This document shows, piece by piece, positions 40,451 through 49,263 of a DNA stretch of 64,000 bases (the first letter of the stretch is position 1; every line of letters begins with the position of its first letter). The DNA is from a bacterium (GTDB taxonomy: Bacteria > Hinthialibacterota > Hinthialibacteria > Hinthialibacterales > Hinthialibacteraceae), in assembly GCA_963663405.2 (NCBI GenBank), contig CAXXSM010000149.1:64001-128000 (forward strand), given 5' to 3'. A program made the translations under genes and the position numbers. The notes under the pieces are model-generated. The model saw only the letters and a program-made list of their open reading frames with translations. It was not told the origin of the DNA and searched no databases.

Positions 40451-41209
40451 ATGTTCCAAGAATTGAAAAGAGAGAATCTGTCTAAGACTCTTGTTCGCGC
40501 ATTAAGCAAGTATATTTTAGAGAAAAATCTAAAACCGGGAGACAGGCTACCTACTGAGAAAGAATTATCCACGAGTTTTCAAGTTGGAAGAAGCGTAGTG
40601 CGTGAAGCATTGAAAGCATTGGAGATTATTGGATTAATCGTGTGCCGACCAGGTGTGGGAGCGGTTCTTTCGTCTGAGGGAGTCGATCCTTTCTTGCTGC
40701 CATTCGTTTTTGGATTTGTTCTTGAAGAATCCAAATTGAAAAGTTTATGCGAATTGCGATTAATCTTTGAACAAGGCGCCGCGCGATTGGCATGTGTTAA
40801 TTGCACTCTGGAAGAACAATCCAAATTAAAGGAAATCGCAGAAAATTTGGATGAAATCAAAGAAGTAACGTATGAAAATCCAACCGACGAAAACCAAAGG
40901 AAACTTTGTGAGTTGGAGATCAGTTTTCACCAGAAATTGGTACTTGCGTCGAAAAATTCTGTTCTAATGAAATTTGGCGCGCTATGGGAGATATTCTTCC
41001 TACATGCGTTGGAAACAGGTGATCTTGTTCGAGCGTCAAAAGCGGGACAGGAAAACCTTGTTACAAAGGTGAAACATACCGAAATCGTTGATGCGATATT
41101 AAAGAAGGAAGAAGATAAAGCCTCGGAACTGATCAAAATCCATCTGGTATACTGGCTGAAAAATTTAGCCTCTGTATCGAAAGAATCTTTGATTAAACTG
41201 ACTGGGTGA
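40451..41209 (+). CDS. GntR/FadR-family transcriptional regulator
   Basis: LKPGDRLPTEKELSTSFQVGRSVVREALKALE wHTH; FCD domain (ELRLIFE, FHQKL, HTEIVDAI). Confidence 0.92.
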   Translation: MFQELKRENLSKTLVRALSKYILEKNLKPGDRLPTEKELSTSFQVGRSVVREALKALEIIGLIVCRPGVGAVLSSEGVDPFLLPFVFGFVLEESKLKSLCELRLIFEQGAARLACVNCTLEEQSKLKEIAENLDEIKEVTYENPTDENQRKLCELEISFHQKLVLASKNSVLMKFGALWEIFFLHALETGDLVRASKAGQENLVTKVKHTEIVDAILKKEEDKASELIKIHLVYWLKNLASVSKESLIKLTG

Positions 41210-41291
41210 CAATTTGTTATTACTGATGTATTAAACGATTCATTTTTTGATCTTAAACATATCTGGAATAGAGTTGTTTATTAGTAATTGG

Positions 41292-41493
41292 TAAGCCATC
41301 TGAAGTGATAGATTCCTCTCCCAAGCCTGGGGGAGGTTAGCTGAGGGTTGATTCATCGATGTTCAACCCCCCTCTAACTCCCTCCAATAACAGGCGCTCG
41401 CGCCGGAGCATTAAGGGGGGAGAATTAGCTCAGCGACGCCTCGTAAATTGATTGTTGATATCTAATTATTTCATGTGACTGATATGATACAAA
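41292..41493. repeat. palindromic dispersed element (MITE/REP-like), copy 2
   Basis: shares TAAGCCA..GAAGTGAT..ATTCCTC, ATGTTCAACCCCC, AATAAC.GGCGCTCGCGC.GGAGCATTAAGG and terminal TATGATACAAA with 22107-22327. Confidence 0.75.
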
Positions 41494-41521
41494 GTAACAA
41501 TCCAAATAAAAGAAGGTCATA

Positions 41522-42229
41522 ATGTCGAATACAAACTATAAACACGCTCCTTTAGAACTGGACTATGATGTAGTAAGCATAAATGAGAGATTCAGAAAAT
41601 TATATACGGGTTTGGTTTACGATGCTTGCGAACACTTTGGTTTACCGTGCACGGCAATGGAGAGTGGAATCTATCCTTTGATTCATACAATGAAAGTCGC
41701 AGGACCTGCATTCACGGTTCATTGTATATCCACGCCCAACCGAAATGAGGAGCTTCATGATATACGTCTTGGAATGTTGAAAAGCATGACGCCGGGTTGT
41801 ATCCAAATTCGGGACACACAAAACAACCAGAATTGCGGCCAGTTTGGTGAAATCAGCGCGACTGCCGCCCGTGCCGCTGGATGCGCTGGAGCTGTGATTG
41901 ATGGCAGTACGCGGGATAGCAATCACCTGATTGATATGGATTTTCCCACCTTTTGCCGGTTTCGAAATCCAGTCGAAGCGTTCGGACGGTTTATGGCTGT
42001 TGACTATCAGATTCCTATTTATGTTAAAGGAATTGACGGCCAGTTGATCGTTCACCCAGGAGATTACATCATTGGTGATAACGATGGGGTTGTTATTATT
42101 CCAAAGGATCACACTCTTCAAGTGTTGGAACAGGCCGAAACCTGGAAACAATCTGAATCCCAAAGCCGTGAAGCCATGGGAAATGGGATTGATCCCTTCG
42201 AAGTTTATGCAAAGTACGGGCGTTTTTAA
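41522..42229 (+). CDS. RraA / HMG-aldolase family protein
   Basis: VAGPAFTV, FGEISATAA, GAVIDGSTRD, VHPGDYIIGDNDGVVIIP. Confidence 0.9.
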   Translation: MSNTNYKHAPLELDYDVVSINERFRKLYTGLVYDACEHFGLPCTAMESGIYPLIHTMKVAGPAFTVHCISTPNRNEELHDIRLGMLKSMTPGCIQIRDTQNNQNCGQFGEISATAARAAGCAGAVIDGSTRDSNHLIDMDFPTFCRFRNPVEAFGRFMAVDYQIPIYVKGIDGQLIVHPGDYIIGDNDGVVIIPKDHTLQVLEQAETWKQSESQSREAMGNGIDPFEVYAKYGRF

Positions 42230-42315
42230 CACATATACTTGCTCTTTCTTTTTTATCAAAAGAGAAAAGTATCTATCGACTTACAAGTAAGAATTTTATG
42301 GGGGGAACTTACAAA

Positions 42316-43566
42316 ATGACAAAGAAACATTTAATTCCCTATCAATGGGAAATGATAATTCTATTATGGTTTGCCTATTTTTTTAATCAAGGCGATCGTC
42401 AAATTTATAATGTGGTTTTGCCGTTAATCAAAACGGATTTACTATTGAGTGATGTACAATTGGGATTGGTTGTCACGATATTCACTCTCTGTTATGCCGT
42501 CCTGGTTCCTATTGCTGGCTATATTGGTGATGTTTATCGTCGAAAATGGGTTGTTTTTGTAAGTTTGCTCGTTTGGAGCACTGCCACCTTGTTTACTGGA
42601 ATCAGCACTGGAATCGTGCTCTTAATACTTTTCCGCGGTATAGCGACAGGAGGAGGAGAAGCGTTTTATTATCCGGCCGCCAACTCTCTAATCGGACAAT
42701 ATCATCATAAAACCCGGGCTCTCGCGATGTCCATACATCAAACTTCCCTTTATGCGGGAATTGTGGCCAGTGGATTTATCGCAGGATATATCGGAGAACA
42801 TTTTGGCTGGCGCATGGCGTTTTATCTCTTTGGGGTATTGGGAATACTTTTGGCTGGCGTCATTTATTTCAGACTAGAAGACACACCGCAACTCAATCAC
42901 GACCAAACAAACAGCGACTTGGACAACGAGCGGATTCCCATTTCATCGGTTCTAAAAAGCATTGCCTGCAAACCGACCGCGTTTATGCTGTGTATGGCTT
43001 TTGGTGGGATGGTCTTCGTTAACATCGGTTTCATGACCTGGATGCCGACATATCTTCATGAAGATTTTTCCCGTTCTCTAACCATGGCGGGTTTCGATTC
43101 CACTTTCTACCATTATTTATTTGCTTTTTTCGGTGTCTTGTTAGGCGGACAATTCTCCGATTACTTTGCCCAAAAACGACGGACCATCCGCTTGGAAACC
43201 GAATGTTTAGGTTTGTTATTAGGCGCGCCGTTTATCTATCTGATGGGCGCCACAGAAAACATGTTTCTATGTTATTTCGCCATGGCCGCATTCGGATTGT
43301 TTCGTGGAATCTATGATTCCAATCTTTTTGCCGCGTTGTTCGATGTGATAGAACCGAGAGTAAGGGCGTCTGCGGTTGGGATTATGATTGCTTTTGCCTT
43401 TATTGTAGGAGCGTTCGCTCCATTGATCCTTGGGTGGGTCAAAGAGAACTGGGGCTTGGCGATTGGAATATCCTCTTTGGGATATGTGTATTTCATCTCA
43501 GCATTAGTAATTTTATTCGCTCAGTTTTTCTTCTTCAAAAAAGATTATTACGAAGAGAAGGATTAA
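42316..43566 (+). CDS. MFS transporter, paralog 2
   Basis: FFNQGDRQIY, GYIGDVYRRK, ATGGGEAFYYPA; start could be 42298. Confidence 0.9.
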   Translation: MTKKHLIPYQWEMIILLWFAYFFNQGDRQIYNVVLPLIKTDLLLSDVQLGLVVTIFTLCYAVLVPIAGYIGDVYRRKWVVFVSLLVWSTATLFTGISTGIVLLILFRGIATGGGEAFYYPAANSLIGQYHHKTRALAMSIHQTSLYAGIVASGFIAGYIGEHFGWRMAFYLFGVLGILLAGVIYFRLEDTPQLNHDQTNSDLDNERIPISSVLKSIACKPTAFMLCMAFGGMVFVNIGFMTWMPTYLHEDFSRSLTMAGFDSTFYHYLFAFFGVLLGGQFSDYFAQKRRTIRLETECLGLLLGAPFIYLMGATENMFLCYFAMAAFGLFRGIYDSNLFAALFDVIEPRVRASAVGIMIAFAFIVGAFAPLILGWVKENWGLAIGISSLGYVYFISALVILFAQFFFFKKDYYEEKD

Positions 43567-43596
43567 TCTAAAAAAACAAGAATAGGAGATAGAAAA

Positions 43597-44964
43597 ATGA
43601 AATTGCTTTTTGTATTCAGGCCAATTTGGATTTTCGTTTTTGTATCAATCGTCATGTCTTCGTTTTCACTTCCTTGCTCCGCTGAATTATCCGAGCAATA
43701 TAAGGCTCTCTGGAACGATCTAGAGTTAAATCAAACAATAGAAAATAATATCGACGCCTATAGGAAGGGGCATCTTGCCTTGAAATTTGTTACGGAGGAT
43801 GGGCGCCCCGTTACAGACGCTAAGATAAAGGCTATACAGACAGGTCACGAATTCCTGTTCGGTTGTAATCTTTTCTTTTTAAAGGGATTCGATTCAGATG
43901 AGATGAATAAGAAATATGAAGAGGCATTCGTCAATTTATTCAACTTTGCCACAATGCCTTTTTACTGGTCAGATTTGGAGCCTGAACCAGGCAAAATTCG
44001 TTTCCAGAAAAATTCTCCTCCCATTTTTCGCCGTCCACCTCCCGATCTGCTGCTTGAGTTCGGATTCAAGCATAATTTAACATTAAAAGGCCATCCGTTG
44101 ATTTGGCACGCCTGGTATCCCGATTGGCTTCCTAACGATCAGGCCCAAGTAGAACGATATGCTCAAAAACGCTTTTCAGAAATCGCGGCGCGTTATAGCC
44201 AACATATTAAAATTTGGGATGTGGTGAATGAATCATTAGTTCGGCCGATGAATGTAACGTTACCTCGGGATTATGTTCCTTGGTCATTTAAGCAAGCCGA
44301 AAAAGTATTTCCGGATGACAACGTTTTAATGATCAACGAAGTAACATCTGTAAGCCATCAGTACAATAAATCGGAAACCAAGTATTATCTTCAAATTAAA
44401 AACCTGATCGCGCAAAACATACGGCTCAATGGGATTGGCTTTCAATTTCATATTTTCTCCGAAAATGGTATGAAAAATGTCGCCGCTGGGAAAGATTTCA
44501 CTCCGAAAAACATGATGCAAGTGTATGACCTCTATCGTGAATTCGATTTACCTCTCTACATAACCGAAATCACGATACCCAGTTTAGGAGAAACGGGCGA
44601 TGAAGAGCAGGCGGAAGTCGTAAAGAACTTCTATCGTTTATGGTTTAGCACGCCCAATATGGCGGGTATAACGTGGTGGAATCTTGGCGATGGAACGGCG
44701 GTTCCAAACGAAAATAAATGGTTGGGCGGTCTGATGGACAAAGATCTGAATCCTAAAAATTCCTATCAAGTCTTGGATCAATTAATCAATCATGAATGGA
44801 AAACCGAATATGAAGGACAAACCAACGATAAAGGGCGTGCGATTTTCTGTGGTTTTTATGGATCCTACTCCATCACCGTGGAAACCAGCGAAGGCGCACA
44901 AGAATTTATAATCAACCACTCCAAAGGAAAAAGCGGACATCATACAATTATCATTGAGGATTGA
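43597..44964 (+). CDS. secreted glycoside hydrolase family 10 (endo-xylanase-like)
   Basis: KGHPLIWH, WDVVNE (acid/base), GIGFQFH, LYITE (nucleophile), GITWWN. Confidence 0.9.
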   Translation: MKLLFVFRPIWIFVFVSIVMSSFSLPCSAELSEQYKALWNDLELNQTIENNIDAYRKGHLALKFVTEDGRPVTDAKIKAIQTGHEFLFGCNLFFLKGFDSDEMNKKYEEAFVNLFNFATMPFYWSDLEPEPGKIRFQKNSPPIFRRPPPDLLLEFGFKHNLTLKGHPLIWHAWYPDWLPNDQAQVERYAQKRFSEIAARYSQHIKIWDVVNESLVRPMNVTLPRDYVPWSFKQAEKVFPDDNVLMINEVTSVSHQYNKSETKYYLQIKNLIAQNIRLNGIGFQFHIFSENGMKNVAAGKDFTPKNMMQVYDLYREFDLPLYITEITIPSLGETGDEEQAEVVKNFYRLWFSTPNMAGITWWNLGDGTAVPNENKWLGGLMDKDLNPKNSYQVLDQLINHEWKTEYEGQTNDKGRAIFCGFYGSYSITVETSEGAQEFIINHSKGKSGHHTIIIED

Positions 44965-44966
44965 TC

Positions 44967-46157
44967 ATGAAAATTGTCGATTTACGTGTCAGAACGGTGG
45001 CTATCCCTACCAATGCAATGCTGCGTCACAATACCGGTGTCCATCCGGGATATCTGATGCGCACCATTTTAGAATTGATAACAGACGAAGGAATTGTTGG
45101 ATTGGGGGAAGTGGGCGGAGGCGATCAACGGAGCGCTTTACTTCGTTTAAAGCCTCGCCTGGTTGGTATGAATCCTTTTCATCTGGAAGAAATTAAACTG
45201 AAAGTTCTTCGCAGTATATACTATCTTTCCAATGCGCGTCTCTATGGAGCGATCGAGATTGCCTGTTTAGATATACAAGGCAAAGCGTGCGGGATACCTA
45301 TGCATCAATTGATCGGAGGGAAACTGCGCGATGAAATCCCTATGATCGCGTACCTTTTCTGGAGATACGATCGTCCTGGCGGCGGGGATGACACATGCGC
45401 GGAAGATTTGGCTGACTATTGTGTTGAATTGCATGAAACGCTGGGCGTTACGGCTATGAAATTAAAAGCCGGTGTCCTTGATCCGATGGAGGAAGCGAGG
45501 GTACTTGAACTTTGCCATGAGCGATTGGGAGACACATTTGGACTGCGCATAGATCCGAATGGAGTATGGTCCGTCGCCACCGCCACGCAAGTGGGCCGCC
45601 GGCTGGAAGGTCTCAATTTACAGTACTACGAAGATCCCGCTTGGGGCTTAGAAGGAATGCGCTCTGTTCGCGAGCAGGTTCGCATTCCATTGGCTACGAA
45701 TATGTATCCTAACAAGTTTGATGATTTAGGACCCGCCATCCGATTGAACGGAATCGATATCATTCTGACTGATTTACATTATTGGGAAGGGCCTCGCGGA
45801 GTGAAAGATTTATGCGCAGTGTGCCGTACATTTAATCTTGGCGTCGCGATGCATTCGGGCGCGGAATTTGGAGTGGAACTCGCGGCGATGCTTCATACCG
45901 CCTCAACGATTCCGACCATGAACATGCCTGGTGACGCGCATTACCATTATTTGGAAGATGATATCATCGCAGGCGGAAAAATGCCTTATGTCAATGGATC
46001 GATTCGAGTGCCGGAAGGCGCTGGACTTGGTGTGGAATTGGATGAAGAAAAAATGGAAAAGTATGAGCGTTTTTATGAAGAAAAAGGTGATTATTACGCC
46101 CGGTTTCATCAAGACCCAAGACGCCCTGAATGGTATCCTGCTGTGGGAGGCTTATGA
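44967..46157 (+). CDS. enolase-superfamily acid-sugar dehydratase (glucarate dehydratase-like)
   Basis: KLKAGV, RIDPNGVWS, YYEDP, PLATNM, MHS..FGV are GlucD-subgroup motifs. Confidence 0.8.
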   Translation: MKIVDLRVRTVAIPTNAMLRHNTGVHPGYLMRTILELITDEGIVGLGEVGGGDQRSALLRLKPRLVGMNPFHLEEIKLKVLRSIYYLSNARLYGAIEIACLDIQGKACGIPMHQLIGGKLRDEIPMIAYLFWRYDRPGGGDDTCAEDLADYCVELHETLGVTAMKLKAGVLDPMEEARVLELCHERLGDTFGLRIDPNGVWSVATATQVGRRLEGLNLQYYEDPAWGLEGMRSVREQVRIPLATNMYPNKFDDLGPAIRLNGIDIILTDLHYWEGPRGVKDLCAVCRTFNLGVAMHSGAEFGVELAAMLHTASTIPTMNMPGDAHYHYLEDDIIAGGKMPYVNGSIRVPEGAGLGVELDEEKMEKYERFYEEKGDYYARFHQDPRRPEWYPAVGGL

Positions 46158-46160
46158 TAA

Positions 46161-46916
46161 ATGAGTTCTCTCTCAAACAAAATCGCGTTAGTGACCGGAG
46201 GGAGCCGGGGCATTGGAGCCGCGATTGCTTTGGAACTGGCTGAAGCCGGGGCGGATGTGGTTGTCAATTACAATCACTCCGAAGACAAAGCGCTTACGGT
46301 AGCGCGTCAGATAGAAGATAAGGGCAAAAAGGCTCTTGCCTTGCAAGCCGATATCAGCCAAGTCTCCTGTATACACGATCTATTTGATCAAATTGAAAAC
46401 CAATTGGGAACTGTGGATATTCTTGTCAACAACGCTGGATTGGAGATTCGGCGTTCCTTTCAGGAATTCGACGAGTCAACGTATGAGAAGATCATGAACA
46501 CGAATCTCAAAGGAGCGTTTTTCTGCGCCCAACGCGCGATCGGTGGCATGAAAACAAAACAATGGGGACGTGTCATTAATATTTCATCCGTTCACGAATT
46601 AACGCCGACACGTTTTTGCAGTGTATACAGTATGACAAAATCGGGAATGATCCTGATGATGCGGGAAATGGCTGTCGAGTTCAGCCAATATGGAATTACA
46701 ATCAATAATATCGCGCCGGGCGCGATACGAACGGATATCAACCGTGAAGTTCTTTCCGATCCTGCTTATGAACTCAAAGTGATTAACAAAATCCCGTCAC
46801 GTTTCATTGGCGAGCCGGAAGATGTGGCTAAAACAGCCGTATTCTTAGCTTCGGACAACGCGCGATATATCACAGGCGCATCTATTTTTATCGATGGGGG
46901 AATGCAATTGTTATAG
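46161..46916 (+). CDS. SDR family oxidoreductase (glucose 1-dehydrogenase-like)
   Basis: TGGSRGIG, NNAG, ISSVHE, YSMTK, IAPGAIRTDIN. Confidence 0.9.
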   Translation: MSSLSNKIALVTGGSRGIGAAIALELAEAGADVVVNYNHSEDKALTVARQIEDKGKKALALQADISQVSCIHDLFDQIENQLGTVDILVNNAGLEIRRSFQEFDESTYEKIMNTNLKGAFFCAQRAIGGMKTKQWGRVINISSVHELTPTRFCSVYSMTKSGMILMMREMAVEFSQYGITINNIAPGAIRTDINREVLSDPAYELKVINKIPSRFIGEPEDVAKTAVFLASDNARYITGASIFIDGGMQLL

Positions 46917-49097
46917 GCTCAATGAATCCGATTGAAACAGAAAAACAGCAACCTGATTTGGTTGTGTTACTATTTTTTGATTGGCTTGTAGTTGTTTATA
47001 ATCCGTTTCTTCTAGATTCGGAATGAGTATTTTTTGCATGGAATAATGTTTCGCTGATACAATACATGTTTTACTTGTTGTTGAATGATTCCAGCATACA
47101 ACTGCCATTTCATCATTCAAGACAAACGCTCGCGCTTCAATTTCTTTATCACTGATTTGAAAACCTTGATTATCGATAAATTGACCTTTCAAAAGGATCG
47201 GATAATCTCGGCGAATTTGACATAGCTGATTCATGTAATTGGTATACTGATCAATATTACCTGACAGAAGAAATTCTTTGTTGACCGGGGGACCGGTAAT
47301 CTCCTGATAATCTTCGGTACTGGGACGTTTTCCTTCTTTCAATAATAGAACATCTGGAATATAACGGCTTTCTACATCAAAACGCATTCCATTGATAAAA
47401 GCGAATTTGGCATGGTCGACATCCATTATGGGAGATGGATATCGATTCGTGATTATAATTTCGGGGAAGGTATATCGAAACAACGCTGGAAACGCAATGG
47501 AATTATACATATAGCCTCTTCCCGAACCGTGGGTGAAATCGACGAAATGTCCAAAGGCGTCCGTTACCCCCTCCGATAGAACCGCAAAATCAGGATCGAC
47601 CGTTCGAAAGTGTTCTTGAATCCGTTGAAAATTGTGCAAAATACCCGGACCTGTAGCCAAAGCGGGTGAGTTGTGATTATGAGTAGGATCGAAACAGAAA
47701 GGCGCAGAACCCATTCCAATCTGATCGTACATAACGCCGTCACTTCCCAATCCATGAATGTATTCCGCCAATTCCAGCATTTTATTCGACCATTCCTGCG
47801 TCGTCTGACACATGAGGGCGTGCTTATAACCCGAATGATTCTTATATTTCTTCCAATGTTGCGTATAATGTTCGCCATTCCATTGCATGGCGGCGTATTT
47901 TTTGCCAATCGTTTGATAATAATCGGCGGTTGTATCGACCAGTTGACCGTTGGTGTAGAGCACTACTTTTCCACCATTTCGATGCACGGCTTCAATACTG
48001 GCCCGAATATCGACGGCGTTTCCCATGTTTGGATCGGGGCTGTAATCCGGATATAAATGATCGTGCCCACCGATTCCCCAACCAAATAAAGAGAGGAAAT
48101 CGAGACCTTCTTTTTTGGCTATGGGAAGAATCTGCGGGATTTCCGGATAACGCCACATCAAATTACCGTTCTGCTGTTTCAATATAACCAAAAACCAACC
48201 GTTGGTTTTTTGAATCCAATCGGGAACGCTCTGCTGACGCATCCAGGTTTTCGCCCATCGCCGGTATCGGTCGGCGCTGGTATGCCAGTCTCCAACGTGA
48301 GGCGAGATTACATAATTCGCTGAATTCCATTGTTCTCCACAGCCAATGAATGGGTATTTAGTCATTCCGAATGTTAACGTCTTCGAGTCCGGTTCGGGTA
48401 CCACACTCATGCCCGTGGTTTGTAAGGATTGGTCCAAGGACGCAAAATACAGCCCTTGCGTATCATTCCCATATTCAAACCACTGCATTGACATCCCACA
48501 TGGATATTGGCCTTTAAACGTGTTTTTTAGTTCGGCCGGATTTAAATATCGTTCGCCTGGTCGATTGGGCCAGTACAGAAAGTTTTTTGACGCGTCCATG
48601 TTGCCAATTCCACCAATCATAGGAAAATCGAAGGAATTGATTTGAAACTCACTGTTATTGGCCAGATAGGCGGAACAATGGAGTTCATCTCCAGACAATT
48701 CAAAAGTACATGTGATTGTTATGTTCAAGGACTTTCCATCAAGAGGAATGGAATTGGCCTGAAACTGAATCACATTATATTTTTGAGAGATATCGAAAGA
48801 ACATTGATTGGAGAAAACATCATGTGGCTTTCTATCTTGATCTTCCAAGCCCAATCTCCATAGGACATCGCCTGCATTTTTGATGATCTTCGTATCCGTA
48901 ATTCTGTTTTCCAATTGAGCGATCGCTCCGTTATCGTCAAAAGAGATCGCGATCCGTTCATTGCTCAAATTGAATGAAGAAGCGCCTGCGTTTGCGCCTA
49001 TCGAAAGAACGCATAGTAACAATACCAGAATGGAAAAAACGTTGCTATCGATTGTACGATTCAATGTCAGTTTTTTAGGTTGCTTCATGAGATACAT
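46911..49097 (-). CDS. secreted DUF6259-like putative glycoside hydrolase
   Basis: signal peptide; SMQW, HVGDWH..ADRYRRW, FGW..GGHDHLYPDY, LYTNGQL, DGVMYDQIG, LSEG..D, LFRYTFPE. Confidence 0.7.
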   Translation of the reverse strand: MYLMKQPKKLTLNRTIDSNVFSILVLLLCVLSIGANAGASSFNLSNERIAISFDDNGAIAQLENRITDTKIIKNAGDVLWRLGLEDQDRKPHDVFSNQCSFDISQKYNVIQFQANSIPLDGKSLNITITCTFELSGDELHCSAYLANNSEFQINSFDFPMIGGIGNMDASKNFLYWPNRPGERYLNPAELKNTFKGQYPCGMSMQWFEYGNDTQGLYFASLDQSLQTTGMSVVPEPDSKTLTFGMTKYPFIGCGEQWNSANYVISPHVGDWHTSADRYRRWAKTWMRQQSVPDWIQKTNGWFLVILKQQNGNLMWRYPEIPQILPIAKKEGLDFLSLFGWGIGGHDHLYPDYSPDPNMGNAVDIRASIEAVHRNGGKVVLYTNGQLVDTTADYYQTIGKKYAAMQWNGEHYTQHWKKYKNHSGYKHALMCQTTQEWSNKMLELAEYIHGLGSDGVMYDQIGMGSAPFCFDPTHNHNSPALATGPGILHNFQRIQEHFRTVDPDFAVLSEGVTDAFGHFVDFTHGSGRGYMYNSIAFPALFRYTFPEIIITNRYPSPIMDVDHAKFAFINGMRFDVESRYIPDVLLLKEGKRPSTEDYQEITGPPVNKEFLLSGNIDQYTNYMNQLCQIRRDYPILLKGQFIDNQGFQISDKEIEARAFVLNDEMAVVCWNHSTTSKTCIVSAKHYSMQKILIPNLEETDYKQLQANQKIVTQPNQVAVFLFQSDSLSL

Positions 49098-49263
49098 GTT
49101 TGATCCTCTTATTAGTGTAAAATGGCAGTCTAATGAAAAGTATAGATACAAGATACGAAGTATTACCATCCAAGTTGGGAACATTAGAGGGGGATCGTCG
49201 GAACAATCCTATCTAATCGGCTCAACTTGGAGGAGGAATTGTTAACAAATCCAAAACAAAGGC

